Part shown: in pieces, positions 50,199 to 60,002 of the stretch
Numbering within the stretch: the first letter of the stretch is position 1
Layout: each line of letters opens with the position of its first letter
From: an uncultured Actinomycetes bacterium
GTDB taxonomy: Bacteria; Actinomycetota; Thermoleophilia; UBA2241
Reading direction: 5' to 3'
NCBI GenBank assembly: GCA_963725665.1
Contig: CAVRZA010000011.1
Span: 96,001 to 160,000 of the forward strand
DNA: 64,000 nucleotides
Made by a program: the position numbers and the translations under genes
The notes under the pieces: generated by a model
What the model was told of the DNA's origin: nothing
Database searches by the model: none
The model's input: only the letters and a program-made list of their open reading frames with translations

Positions 50199-50987
50199 AT
50201 GAAGCGCCCCGACAGACGAGCGCTCATCGTCGCCTTGGCCGCCCTGCTGGGCGTGGCGGTGGTCGTCGCTCTCGCGCTCGTCGCGGGCTGGCCACGGGCC
50301 AGCACGGCGACGGGCTCCGCCTCGCCGGTCGCGAGTCTGTCACCGTCGCCGTCGTCGGCAGCGTTGGCCTCGGCGACGCCGACCCCAAGCCCATCGCCAT
50401 CCCCGTCGATCACCCGGCCGCCCATCGTGCGCGACTACATCCCCTACGGCAGCGCCCGCCGCCGCCAGATGGCCGCCTACTCCCTGCGCCACTACGGCGC
50501 GCGGACGTGGCGGCTCCGCCCCCGCGTCATCGTCCTCCACTACACGGCGGGCTCGACCTACGCGGGCGCGCGGGCGGTGTTCGCCGCGAACGCTCCCAAC
50601 CTCGGCGAGCTGCCCGGCGTCGCGGCGCACTTCGTCGTCGCCAAGGGCGGGACCATCTACCAGCTCGTTCCCTTGAACGTGCGCGTGCGGCACGCCATCG
50701 GCCTGAACCACCGCGCTCTGGCGATCGAGATGGTCCAGGAGGGAGGGTCCGGGCCGCGCTGGGCCGACGCCCAGATCCTTGCTCGCAAGCCGCAGATGCG
50801 CGCCGCGCTGCGCCTGGTGCGCTACCTCCAGGCGCGCTACGGGATCCGCATGCGCAACGTCATCGGGCATGCAATGGCCAACGACTCGCCCTACTTCCGC
50901 GACCGGCTCGGCTGGCGCAACGACCACACCGACTGGCTCGCCGCCGACGTGCGCGTCTTCAGGTCGAGGCTGAAGGCCCTCCGCTGA
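50199..50987 (+). CDS. N-acetylmuramoyl-L-alanine amidase (Amidase_2/PGRP-like), membrane-anchored
   Basis: TM helix, Ser/Pro linker, IVLHYT, AHFVV, RHAIGLN, IGH. Confidence 0.85.
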   Translation: MKRPDRRALIVALAALLGVAVVVALALVAGWPRASTATGSASPVASLSPSPSSAALASATPTPSPSPSPSITRPPIVRDYIPYGSARRRQMAAYSLRHYGARTWRLRPRVIVLHYTAGSTYAGARAVFAANAPNLGELPGVAAHFVVAKGGTIYQLVPLNVRVRHAIGLNHRALAIEMVQEGGSGPRWADAQILARKPQMRAALRLVRYLQARYGIRMRNVIGHAMANDSPYFRDRLGWRNDHTDWLAADVRVFRSRLKALR

Positions 50988-51074
50988 CGCGCGGCCCGCG
51001 ACCACGCCACCCCTTCACGCCGCACCACCACGTCACCACTAGTCAACGACCCTTCCCCAGCGCATACTGCCCCC

Positions 51075-52022
51075 ATGCCGATGCTCGACCTGACCGGGAT
51101 CCACTTCCTCGTCACCTACCGTTGCCTCTACCAGTGCGACCACTGCTTCGTGTGGGGCAGTCCCGACCAGGATGGGACCATGACGCTGGCACAACTGCGC
51201 GACGTGATCGACCAGGCCGTCGCGCTGGGCACCATCGACAATGTCTACTTCGAAGGCGGCGAGCCGACACTCGTCTACCCAATCGTCGTTAGCGCGGCGC
51301 GCCACGCCCGCGAGCGCGGCCTCGACTTCGGCCTCGTGACCAACTCCCAGTTCGCCGAGTCGGTCGAGGACGCCGCCGTGTGGCTCGCCCCCTTCGCCGA
51401 GCTCGGCATCGCCGACCTCTCGGTCTCGGCCTACCCATACTTCGGGGATGTGATCGAGCCACGCCTGATCCGCAACGCCGTGGAGGCCGCGCTCGGGCTA
51501 GGGCTGGGCGATGCGCTCGGCGTGCTCGAGGTCGGCGCGGCGGCAGACCTCGCCGACCTCGGCGTCGCCTGCGGCGACCCGGGCGAGATCATGTACAAGG
51601 GGCGGGCGGCTCGCGTGCTCGCTCCCGAGCACGCGAGCCGCCCGCCCGACACCCTCATCACCTGCCCGCACGAGGACTTCGTCGCGCCCGGACGCTGCCA
51701 CGTCGGCTGCGACGGGGAGCTGCAGCCCTGCCAGGGCCTCAGCGCCGGGAACATCTTCGCGAGCTCCCTGGCGCAGGTCGTGGCGGACTACGACCCGGAG
51801 CAGAGGCCGGTGGTGAGGGAGCTCATGCGCGGCGGTCCGTGGGAGCTGAGCCGGGCGACTGGCCTCGCCCCCGAGCGCGACCTCTACGCCGACGAGTGCC
51901 ACCTCTGCTACGAGCTGCGCTCACGCCTGCGCGACCGCTACCCTGAGGTGCTCGTGCCCGACCAGTGCTACGGGGTCGGGCTGCCGGAGCTGTCCGAGCC
52001 GGTTGGCTCGGGCGACGCCTGA
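51075..52022 (+). CDS. Radical SAM protein
   Basis: CLYQCDHC, EGGEP, C-terminal Cys cluster (CPH...C...ECHLCY). Confidence 0.88.
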   Translation: MPMLDLTGIHFLVTYRCLYQCDHCFVWGSPDQDGTMTLAQLRDVIDQAVALGTIDNVYFEGGEPTLVYPIVVSAARHARERGLDFGLVTNSQFAESVEDAAVWLAPFAELGIADLSVSAYPYFGDVIEPRLIRNAVEAALGLGLGDALGVLEVGAAADLADLGVACGDPGEIMYKGRAARVLAPEHASRPPDTLITCPHEDFVAPGRCHVGCDGELQPCQGLSAGNIFASSLAQVVADYDPEQRPVVRELMRGGPWELSRATGLAPERDLYADECHLCYELRSRLRDRYPEVLVPDQCYGVGLPELSEPVGSGDA

Positions 52023-52081
52023 CTCTAGAACGAGTCGTTCAACAGGGTGGCGACGATCCCGGCAGTCTTGCCCTCACCCCG

Positions 52082-52795
52082 TCAGAGGCAGCGCGCGAAG
52101 TTGCGCACGATGGTCGTGCAGAGCGGCACCGAACCGGCGACGATCTCGCTCCTCACCTCGCGCAGGTGCTTCCCGAAGGCGGGATCCTCGCGGTCGGCGT
52201 CGTCGAGCCAGTGCTCGAGCAGGTCATCGTCGACCTCGGGGTGGAACTGCACGCCCCAGGCACGTCGCCCCAGCCTGAACGCCTGCTGACCGCCGCCGCG
52301 CTCGGCGAAGAGCAGCGCCTCCGGCGGCGCCTCGAACGAGTCCACGTGCCACTGCAGTGTCGAGAAGCGCGGCGGCAACCCGTCGAAGAGCTCGTCGTCG
52401 CCGGTCACGTCGATCGACACCCAGCCCCGCTCGGGACGCTCGCGATGGTACACCCGGCCACCGGTCGCCGCGGCGAGCTGCTGCGCCCCCAGGCAGATGC
52501 CCAACACCGGCACGTCGTGATCCACCGCCTCGCGCAGTATCCGGCGCTCGCCCGCGAGCCACGGGTAGCGCTCATCTTCGTCGGTGTTCATGCCGCCGCC
52601 CAGGGGGATGATCGCCGCCAGCGACGACAGCTCGGTCGACGAGGGCACGGGGTCACCCGCCCACAGGTGCCGCACGGCGCACGCGATCCCCTCCGCCTCG
52701 AGCACAGCGCCGACGGTCCCCGATGGGCTCACGGCCTCGTGCTGAAGGATGACGACCGGCCCGTGAGGGGCGGTCTTCCTTTGGTCCGTCGTCAT
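52082..52795 (-). CDS. Type 1 glutamine amidotransferase
   Basis: LGICLGAQ, QWH, GVQFHPE. Confidence 0.9.
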   Translation of the reverse strand: MTTDQRKTAPHGPVVILQHEAVSPSGTVGAVLEAEGIACAVRHLWAGDPVPSSTELSSLAAIIPLGGGMNTDEDERYPWLAGERRILREAVDHDVPVLGICLGAQQLAAATGGRVYHRERPERGWVSIDVTGDDELFDGLPPRFSTLQWHVDSFEAPPEALLFAERGGGQQAFRLGRRAWGVQFHPEVDDDLLEHWLDDADREDPAFGKHLREVRSEIVAGSVPLCTTIVRNFARCL

Positions 52796-52914
52796 GCCTG
52801 GGATCCTCCGTGGGCCGGTCGTCGCCGTCACCGGGCGCGATTGGATCGGGCGCGGCTGGGGCGGGCGCCTCCGGCCGCCCCAGCCGCGCCTACTCTACCC
52901 CCCGCGCGCCGGCC

Positions 52915-53643
52915 CTACGCCTGCCCGAGCAGCGCCTTGAGCCGCATCGCGTCGTGCGCCGCGTAGCCGCGCTGGTCGTTGTCGAAATAGACCCGCACCT
53001 CGCGCCCCTCGTGCGCCCACGCGGCACACTTTCCTGCCCACTCGGCCAGGCTCGCGTCGTCGTAGCTGCCGCTGTAGCGCCCAGGACCGTGCAGGCGCAC
53101 GTACACGAGCGGCGCGGTGACGATCTCAGGGGTCGGCCTGCCGTGCAGGTCGGAGATGCAGAACGTCGCCGCGCGGCGCTCAAGCGCCGCGTACACAGAC
53201 GGATCGAACCACGTCGTCTCGCGAAACTCGAACGCGGCGGACGACCCCGTCGGGAGCAGCTCCAGAAAGGCCTTCAGGCGCTCCAGGCGCAGCGGGAACG
53301 AGGGTGGCAGCTGAAAGAGGAGCGGCCCGAGCGCTTCGCCCAGGCCGCTCGCGCGCTCGACGAACTGCGCCAGCGCCTCCTCGGCGCCCGCCAGTCGTCG
53401 GTAGTGGGTGATGAACCGCGTCGCCTTGACCGCGTAGCTGAAGCCGCGTGGAGCGAGGTCGCGCCAACGCCTCACGGTCGTGTCGGACGGCAAACGGTAG
53501 AACGAGTTGTTGATCTCGACCGTGGCGAAGCGCTGCGCGTAGTAGGGGAGGAAGTCGGCCGGTCGCACCTCGGGCGGGTAGAACGGCCCCCGCCAGTGCG
53601 GGTAGGACCAGCCGGACGTGCCTACGAGGACTCCTGCGACCAT
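52915..53643 (-). CDS. DUF72 family protein
   Basis: VGTSGWSYPHW, VEINNSFY, LFQLPPSF, YVRLHG, YFDND. Confidence 0.92.
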   Translation of the reverse strand: MVAGVLVGTSGWSYPHWRGPFYPPEVRPADFLPYYAQRFATVEINNSFYRLPSDTTVRRWRDLAPRGFSYAVKATRFITHYRRLAGAEEALAQFVERASGLGEALGPLLFQLPPSFPLRLERLKAFLELLPTGSSAAFEFRETTWFDPSVYAALERRAATFCISDLHGRPTPEIVTAPLVYVRLHGPGRYSGSYDDASLAEWAGKCAAWAHEGREVRVYFDNDQRGYAAHDAMRLKALLGQA

Positions 53644-53783
53644 GACCACCCCATTCTAGCCGTCGGGCATCGGAGCCGGGATCGCAGACGAGCCCGGCAT
53701 CCTCTTGTTTGGGGCGGGGAACAAGGAAGCTGCACCACAGGCGGCCGGAAGCGGCCGCCCCAGACCCGAGAGAGGATGATCAC

Positions 53784-54833
53784 GTGGCACGACCGATGAA
53801 GCTCGTCTCCACCAACGGATCGGCAATCGTGGGCACGGGCCCGATGGCCGGCGAGGCCTCCGACGCCGAGTTGCTCGACGCTTACTCCGAGGCGGTCATA
53901 GCCGCCGCCGAGCGCGTCAGCCCATCGGTCGTGAACATAGAGGTGACACACGCGCAACGCCGGCCGACCGGGCGCGGGCCGCGCCCGCTGCCGGGACGTC
54001 CCGACGAGCAACGAGGCACGGGCTCGGGCTTCGTGTTCACGCCCGACGGGTTCATCCTCACCAACAGCCACGTCGTGCACGATGCTTCCTCGACCATCGT
54101 CACGCTTTCGGATGGGCGGGAGGCGCCGGCGCAGCTCGTGGGCGACGACCCAGACACCGATCTGGCCGTCATCCGCATCGAGGGCCCGACCGTCCAAGCC
54201 GCCGAGATGGGCGATTCGCTAGCCCTGCGCGTGGGACAGCTCGTCGTGGCCATAGGCAACCCCTACGGCTTCCAGACCACCGTGACCGCAGGCGTGGTCA
54301 GCGCCCTTGGGCGCTCGTTGCGCTCTCAGAACGGGCGCCTCATCGACAACCTGATCCAGACCGACGCGGCCCTGAACCCCGGCAACTCGGGCGGTCCGCT
54401 CGTCACCTCGAGCGGGCGGGTCGTCGGCGTGAACACGGCCGTCATCCTTCCCGCCCAGGGGATCTGCTTCGCCATTGCGGTGAACACGGCCGTCTTCGTC
54501 GCCGGTAAGCTCATCAAGGACGGCCACATCACCCGCGGCTACCTCGGCATCGCCGGCCAGACTGTGCCCGTCCACAGGCGCCTCGTGCGCTTCTTCCACC
54601 TGCCCGTCGAGACGGCGGTGCTGGTGGTGGGCGTGGAGCCCGACAGTCCGGCGCAGCGCGCCGGTCTGCGCGAAGGTGACCTGTTGATCGCCTACAACGG
54701 CCGCGAACTGCCCGATGTCGATACACTGCACCGCATACTCACCGAGGACGAGGTCGGCGCGCGAGCGGAACTCGGGGTGATCAGGCGCACGCAGAAGCTG
54801 TCGCTCGATATCATCCCGGCACGGGCTGCCTGA
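53784..54833 (+). CDS. HtrA/DegP-like serine protease with PDZ domain (no obvious signal peptide)
   Basis: [32 protein letters not shown]. Confidence 0.92.
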   Translation: MARPMKLVSTNGSAIVGTGPMAGEASDAELLDAYSEAVIAAAERVSPSVVNIEVTHAQRRPTGRGPRPLPGRPDEQRGTGSGFVFTPDGFILTNSHVVHDASSTIVTLSDGREAPAQLVGDDPDTDLAVIRIEGPTVQAAEMGDSLALRVGQLVVAIGNPYGFQTTVTAGVVSALGRSLRSQNGRLIDNLIQTDAALNPGNSGGPLVTSSGRVVGVNTAVILPAQGICFAIAVNTAVFVAGKLIKDGHITRGYLGIAGQTVPVHRRLVRFFHLPVETAVLVVGVEPDSPAQRAGLREGDLLIAYNGRELPDVDTLHRILTEDEVGARAELGVIRRTQKLSLDIIPARAA

Positions 54834-54889
54834 CCGGGCGCCGGGGCGATCCCGCGCACAGCGCCCGCCGCAGGCGAAAGGAGAGAAGG

Positions 54890-55303
54890 ATGCCGGCTCA
54901 AGAAGGGAAGTGGCGCAAGTCGCCGCCCGAGCTCATCGACACGCTGCACGAGACCGTCGGCGCCGCGCTCCCCGATGACGCTGCCGTCGACTTCCGGCCG
55001 ATGTTCGGCTATCCGTGCTACTGGACCGGGGGCAACATGTTCTTCGCCACGCACCAGGACAACTTGATCCTGCGGCTGTCAGACGAGGACCGCGCCGCTT
55101 TTTCCGGCGTCCCCGACGCGCGGCTCTTCGAGCCGATGCCCGGTCGACCCATGAGAGAGTACGTGGTCGTCCCGCCCAAGCTCGTGGCCGATCGGGCGAC
55201 GCTGCAGGAATGGGTGGCGAAGGGCTATCGCTACGCGGCCTCGCTGCCGCCCAAGGAGAAGAAGGCCAATAAGCGGCCGGCGTCGACCGAAGCCAAGGGG
55301 TAG
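54890..55303 (+). CDS. TfoX/Sxy N-terminal domain protein
   Basis: RPMFGYPCY...GNMF...FEPMPGRPMREYVVVP. Confidence 0.8.
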   Translation: MPAQEGKWRKSPPELIDTLHETVGAALPDDAAVDFRPMFGYPCYWTGGNMFFATHQDNLILRLSDEDRAAFSGVPDARLFEPMPGRPMREYVVVPPKLVADRATLQEWVAKGYRYAASLPPKEKKANKRPASTEAKG

Positions 55304-55348
55304 CCGGCGGGGCGAGCCCGCGGTGAACAGAGTCAGGGGAGGACAGAC

Positions 55349-55801
55349 ATGAGTGGATCGGGAGCGAACGGCGGCGGTGCGCCGGGCAGCGCTGCAGAGG
55401 AGCCCGTGGGAGGCGTCGGCGAGGAACGCGCCTGGCGGGTACGCACCGAGCGCCTGCGTGTGACGGGCGGCGACCTCTACGGCAAGCTGCGGCAGCTCGT
55501 GCACGAAGGCAACGTGCGGCGCATCATCATCAGGGGCGGCGACGAGCGCGTCCTGATCGATATCCCCGTGACCGTCGGCGTCGTGGGCGCCGTGCTGGCG
55601 CCCTTCGCGGTGGCCATCGCCGCCCTGGCTGCCATAGCGACGCGTTGCACGATCGAGGTCGAGCGCGTCGAGGAAGAAGCGCCGGCGGGTAAGGCTGAGG
55701 CGGCAGCCGACGCCCAGGCCGCCGCAGGAGCCGAGACCACGGGCACCCAGACGGGGGCCGAAGCTCCCTCCGCGCAGAGGGCGAAGAAGACCAAGGGCTG
55801 A
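55349..55801 (+). CDS. DUF4342 family protein
   Basis: LVHEGNVRRIII...DIPVTVGVVG...CTIEVER. Confidence 0.85.
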   Translation: MSGSGANGGGAPGSAAEEPVGGVGEERAWRVRTERLRVTGGDLYGKLRQLVHEGNVRRIIIRGGDERVLIDIPVTVGVVGAVLAPFAVAIAALAAIATRCTIEVERVEEEAPAGKAEAAADAQAAAGAETTGTQTGAEAPSAQRAKKTKG

Positions 55802-55840
55802 AGCCGCCAGACGAGGCCGCCCCTCGGGGGGCCGGCGACC

Positions 55841-57388
55841 TCAGTCGATGAGACCGTCGACGCCCGGCACGTCGACCGGCTGTGGCGGCACCGGGTCCTC
55901 CGGCAACCCCTCGACGTGCTCGATGGCGCGCTGGGCGGCGGCGCGGCCCTCGCGGATGCAGTCGCCGATACCGATGCCGTGATAGGCGCCGCCGGCGATC
56001 TCGACGCCGGGCACACGCGCCACCTCATCTTCAATGCGGCGCACCAGGTCGGCGTGACCGACGCGGTACTGTGGCATGCCGAGAGGCCAACGGAAGACTC
56101 GCGAAAGCACGGGTGTCGCGCGGATGCCCAGGACGACGGCGAGCTCCTCGCGCACCAGCGCGAGGAGCTCGCCGTCGTCCAACGTGGCGTACTGCTCGAA
56201 CCCGGCCCGACCGACGAAGCTGCGCACAAGGACGTACCCCTCGGGGGCGCGCCCGCTGAACTTGGTCGAGCTCCAGGTCGTCGCCATGACGCCGCGTCCC
56301 TCCGCGCGCGGCGTCACGTAGCCGAAGCCGCGCAGCGGGTGCTGCACCTCGGCGCGGCGGAACGCCAGCGAGACGGTGGCCGACGTCACGTAGGGGATCG
56401 AGGTGAGCCCGGCTGCGGCCTGCGGCGCGATGCCCGCCAACAGCTCGCCGCTGGCGAAGGCCGGCGTCGCCAGGACGACGGCGTCGACGACCTCCGTCGT
56501 GCCGTCACTGAGCGTGAGGCGATAGCGGGCGGTGACGCCCGCCTCACCGCGCCCCGTCTCCGCAGCCGTTGGGTCCAGTCGCTCCACCGATATCCCGAGG
56601 CGCAGGCGGTCGGCCGGCAGCGCCGCCTGGACCGCGTCACTGAGGTCGCCGAGGCCGGTCGCGAACGAGAGAAAGTAGGAGCGCCGGCGCTCCGGCGGGC
56701 CCGCGCCCGCCGGCGCAGCGGCGGCGCGGGCGCGGGCCCGGCGGCGCTGCACCATCCCCACCGTGAGGCTGCGGTACTTGTTCTCCATCTCCAAGAACAT
56801 GGGGAAGGTCGAGCGCACGCTCATGAGCTCGGGGTTGCCGGCGTGGATGCCGGCGACGATCGGCTCGGCGATCTTGTCGAGCGCCTCGCGCCCCAGGCGG
56901 CGGCGCACGAAGTCGCCGAGGCTCTCGTCGCCGCCGCCGCGCGCCGCAGCGCCGCGGGGCAGCATGAGGTCGAGACCCATACGCGCCTTGCCCGGCCAGG
57001 AGATCAGGGAGCTGAGGGCGAAGGGCACGAGGCGCGTCGGGACCATCAGGATCAGCCCCTCGGGCAGCTCGTGCAGCCGCCCGCCGGAGTAGATGAAGCT
57101 CTTGCGGATGGCCTCGTTGGAGTCGAGCACACGCTCTTCGATGCCGAGCTCGCGGGCGAGCTGGATCGGCCAGGGTTTCTCGACCATGAAGGAGTCCGGT
57201 CCGCCCTCGACCACGAAGCCGTCGAGGCGCTCGGTGTGCACCTTGCCGCCCAGACGCCGGTCCTTCTCGAACAGCAGCCAGTCGACGGATCGGCCGCCGC
57301 GGCGCTGGCTCTCGAGCTCGTAGGCCACCCCCAACCCGGCCATGCCGCCGCCTATCACAGCGACGCGGCGCCGTTGCTCTTCGGGCAT
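55841..57388 (-). CDS. hemY: Copro/protoporphyrinogen oxidase (HemY/CgoX)
   Basis: VIGGGMAGL, EGGPDSF, GIHAG, MPQYRVGH, GIGIGDCI. Confidence 0.92.
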   Translation of the reverse strand: MPEEQRRRVAVIGGGMAGLGVAYELESQRRGGRSVDWLLFEKDRRLGGKVHTERLDGFVVEGGPDSFMVEKPWPIQLARELGIEERVLDSNEAIRKSFIYSGGRLHELPEGLILMVPTRLVPFALSSLISWPGKARMGLDLMLPRGAAARGGGDESLGDFVRRRLGREALDKIAEPIVAGIHAGNPELMSVRSTFPMFLEMENKYRSLTVGMVQRRRARARAAAAPAGAGPPERRRSYFLSFATGLGDLSDAVQAALPADRLRLGISVERLDPTAAETGRGEAGVTARYRLTLSDGTTEVVDAVVLATPAFASGELLAGIAPQAAAGLTSIPYVTSATVSLAFRRAEVQHPLRGFGYVTPRAEGRGVMATTWSSTKFSGRAPEGYVLVRSFVGRAGFEQYATLDDGELLALVREELAVVLGIRATPVLSRVFRWPLGMPQYRVGHADLVRRIEDEVARVPGVEIAGGAYHGIGIGDCIREGRAAAQRAIEHVEGLPEDPVPPQPVDVPGVDGLID

Positions 57389-57393
57389 GAGGC

Positions 57394-58347
57394 TCACCCC
57401 GCCGCGGGCGACGATAGATCGGGCAGGGGCCGCAGCGCGAGGTACCTGATCACGGCGTCGGCGAGCGCCGCGATGCAGCGCCGCGAGTCGTTGGCGGGCT
57501 CGCTGCGCAGGTAGTGCATGCCGGCCTCCTCGACCACCCGGCGCAGCACGACGTCCAGGTCGTACAGGGTCTCGACGTTGTCGCAAAGGAAGCCCACGGG
57601 CACGACGAGCAGCTTGCGCCAGCCCTGAGCGGCGAACTGCATGGCGACGTCCTCGACGTCGGGCTCGAGCCACCGTGCATCGCCCCGCCGGCCCTTGCTC
57701 TGCCACGCCAGGCGCCAGTCACCCGGCATGATCATGGGGAGGAGTTGCGCGATCGTGTGCTGGATCTCGTCCACGTAAGGATCGCCCCCGAGGATCGTCT
57801 CCTCGGGCACGTTGTGCGCCGTGAACAGCAACGCGTACTCGCTCGACTCGCGTCCGTCGAGGGCGCGCGCCACGTGCTCGCTGATCGCCTGCACGTACTG
57901 CGGGTCGGCCGACCAGCCCTCGATCAGCGGCACGTCGGCGCGCCTCGTCTCGGCGAGGGCCTTCTTGTACGTGTCGGTGGTCAGGCGCGACGTGTAGGGC
58001 GAGAGCGAGAGCGCCAGCACGTCGTGCGCGTCCAGCCCGGCCAGGGCCTCGGCGACGCTCGGCGGGGCGTGCAGATATCCGGGCCGCACGCGCACGACAA
58101 ACCCCAGCCGCTGGGCCAGCTCGGCCTCGAGAGCCTTGGCGATGCGCTCGCTGATCTCCATCAACGGTGAAGCGCCGCCCACGGCGGCGTACTTCTCCTC
58201 GACCGCGCGCAGCAGTTCGGGCGGGGCCTCGACGCCCGTCAGCCGCACCATGAACGCGGGGATCTCCTCGAGGTTGCGGGGACCGCCGAAGGAGAGCAGA
58301 GCGACGTCGAGGACGGAACCGCTCGCGCTCGAGCCCGTCGCCGCCAT
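57394..58347 (-). CDS. hemH: (Copro)porphyrin ferrochelatase
   Basis: LSFGGP, YAAVGGASPL, FTAH, WQS, WLEPD, ETLYDLD. Confidence 0.9.
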   Translation of the reverse strand: MAATGSSASGSVLDVALLSFGGPRNLEEIPAFMVRLTGVEAPPELLRAVEEKYAAVGGASPLMEISERIAKALEAELAQRLGFVVRVRPGYLHAPPSVAEALAGLDAHDVLALSLSPYTSRLTTDTYKKALAETRRADVPLIEGWSADPQYVQAISEHVARALDGRESSEYALLFTAHNVPEETILGGDPYVDEIQHTIAQLLPMIMPGDWRLAWQSKGRRGDARWLEPDVEDVAMQFAAQGWRKLLVVPVGFLCDNVETLYDLDVVLRRVVEEAGMHYLRSEPANDSRRCIAALADAVIRYLALRPLPDLSSPAAG

Positions 58348-58348
58348 C

Positions 58349-59380
58349 TCAATCGGCCGTTCGCGACGAGAGACGATGCACCGTGTCGACCAGGAAACGC
58401 ACATTGTCGGGCGGCGTCTGCGGCAGGATGCCGTGGCCCAGGTTGAAGACGTGTCCCGGGCGTCCCGCGGCGCGGCGCAGGATGTCGGCCGCGCGCTCCT
58501 CGATGCCGGCCTGCGGTCCGAGCAGCACCACGGGGTCGAGGTTGCCCTGGATGGCCACGTCGTGGCCGATCTCGTCCCAAGCTCGGTCGAGGTCGATGCG
58601 CCAGTCGACGCCGATCACATCGCCGCCCTGCGCGCGGACCAGCGGCAGCATGCCCTCGGCCCCGTTGACGAAATGGATCACCGGCGCGCCGTGCCCGCTC
58701 ACACGAGCGAGCACGGCGCGCGTGTAGGGCGCGACGTACTTCTCGTAGTCGTACGGCGCCAGCGCGCCGACCCAGGAATCGAAGAGCTGCAGACACTGCG
58801 CGCCCGCGTCGATCTGGGCCAGCAGATAGCGCGACACGGTCTCGGCGACAACCTCCATGAGGCGGCCCCAGGCGAGCTGGTCCGAGTACATGAGGCCCTT
58901 CACGAGGGCGTAGGAGCGCGAATGCCCCCCCTCGACGATGTAGCTCGCGAGCGTGAACGGCGCCCCGGCGAAGCCGATCAACGGCAGCCGGCCAGCGAGC
59001 TCAGCCCGCACCAGGCGGATGGCATCGAGCACGTAGGGCAGGTCCTCCCGCGGGTCGGCGGCGCGCACCTGGTCGAGGTCGGAGGCCTCCCGGACGGGGC
59101 GCTCGATGACGGGGCCCTCGTGGTCGGTGAAGTGGAAGCCGATGCCCATGCCCTCGAGCGGCAGCAAGATGTCGGCGAAGATGATGGCCGCATCGAGGTC
59201 GAAGGCGGCGACCGGCTGTAGCGTCACCTCCGCGGCGACATCAGGCCGGCGGCACATCTCCATGAACGAGAGCTTCTCCTTGATGGCCCGATACTCGGGC
59301 ATGTAGCGCCCGGCCTGGCGCATGAGCCAGACGGGCGTGGCGTCGACGGGGCGGCGGGCACAGGCTTCGAGGAAGCGCAC
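58349..59380 (-). CDS. hemE: Uroporphyrinogen decarboxylase
   Basis: PVWLMRQAGRYMPEYR, QLFDSW, QGNLDP, FNLGHGI. Confidence 0.96.
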   Translation of the reverse strand: MRFLEACARRPVDATPVWLMRQAGRYMPEYRAIKEKLSFMEMCRRPDVAAEVTLQPVAAFDLDAAIIFADILLPLEGMGIGFHFTDHEGPVIERPVREASDLDQVRAADPREDLPYVLDAIRLVRAELAGRLPLIGFAGAPFTLASYIVEGGHSRSYALVKGLMYSDQLAWGRLMEVVAETVSRYLLAQIDAGAQCLQLFDSWVGALAPYDYEKYVAPYTRAVLARVSGHGAPVIHFVNGAEGMLPLVRAQGGDVIGVDWRIDLDRAWDEIGHDVAIQGNLDPVVLLGPQAGIEERAADILRRAAGRPGHVFNLGHGILPQTPPDNVRFLVDTVHRLSSRTAD

Positions 59381-59498
59381 GGGCAGCTCTTCACGCGATC
59401 GCAGGGACGGGCCGGACGCTCATTGTAGCCTCTCGCACGCAGGCGCGCACGACGACGGCTCCCGCCGGCCACCCTGCCGGTGCGCTCTGACCACTGCG

Positions 59499-59744
59499 TC
59501 AGAGGGCGGGTCGGTATCCCTCGCCGAGCGCCGCCCTGTGGCAGGTGGAGCACACGGTGACGTGTTCGCCGCCGCGGATCGGCGACACTAGGGTGAAACG
59601 ACGCACGTCGCGGTCCAGGGGACGACCGCACAGCGAGCAGTGGATGAGATAGCTCTCCGGGGCCGGAACGACCTCGAGGTGTCTTTTGCGATCGTGCGAG
59701 CGAGGCCGATCACCGGGTGACGGAAGCGGGACGCCCTGCGCCAT
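59499..59744 (-). CDS. Small Zn-ribbon protein
   Basis: AAGGAGG RBS; CSLC...CSTC. Confidence 0.65.
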   Translation of the reverse strand: MAQGVPLPSPGDRPRSHDRKRHLEVVPAPESYLIHCSLCGRPLDRDVRRFTLVSPIRGGEHVTVCSTCHRAALGEGYRPAL

Positions 59745-60002
59745 CACTTCCTCCTTCTCGGGGCCGAAAGCAACGTCCGTCGGGTCTCCCCGTGACACGT
59801 TGAGCAGCCATATTCCCGGCGGGGTCCACACCGTAACGCCACCGTTGCCCATCCCCGGGGAGCGGCGCACGGGACGCGCCTAAAGAGCACGGGGCGATGG
59901 GCCGACATAAGAAGGAGGGCGGCTGAAGCGGGCTTGCGGCGCATGATCCGACCGACTGCGCCGCGAGCCGGAGGCGGATGTGTGGGCAGCGGGAGGTCGA
60001 CC

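Noticed and set aside
51075-52022. Second radical SAM as another RiPP maturase
   Set aside because: No N-terminal RRE-like extension and no adjacent short precursor ORF with an RBS; it appears monocistronic.
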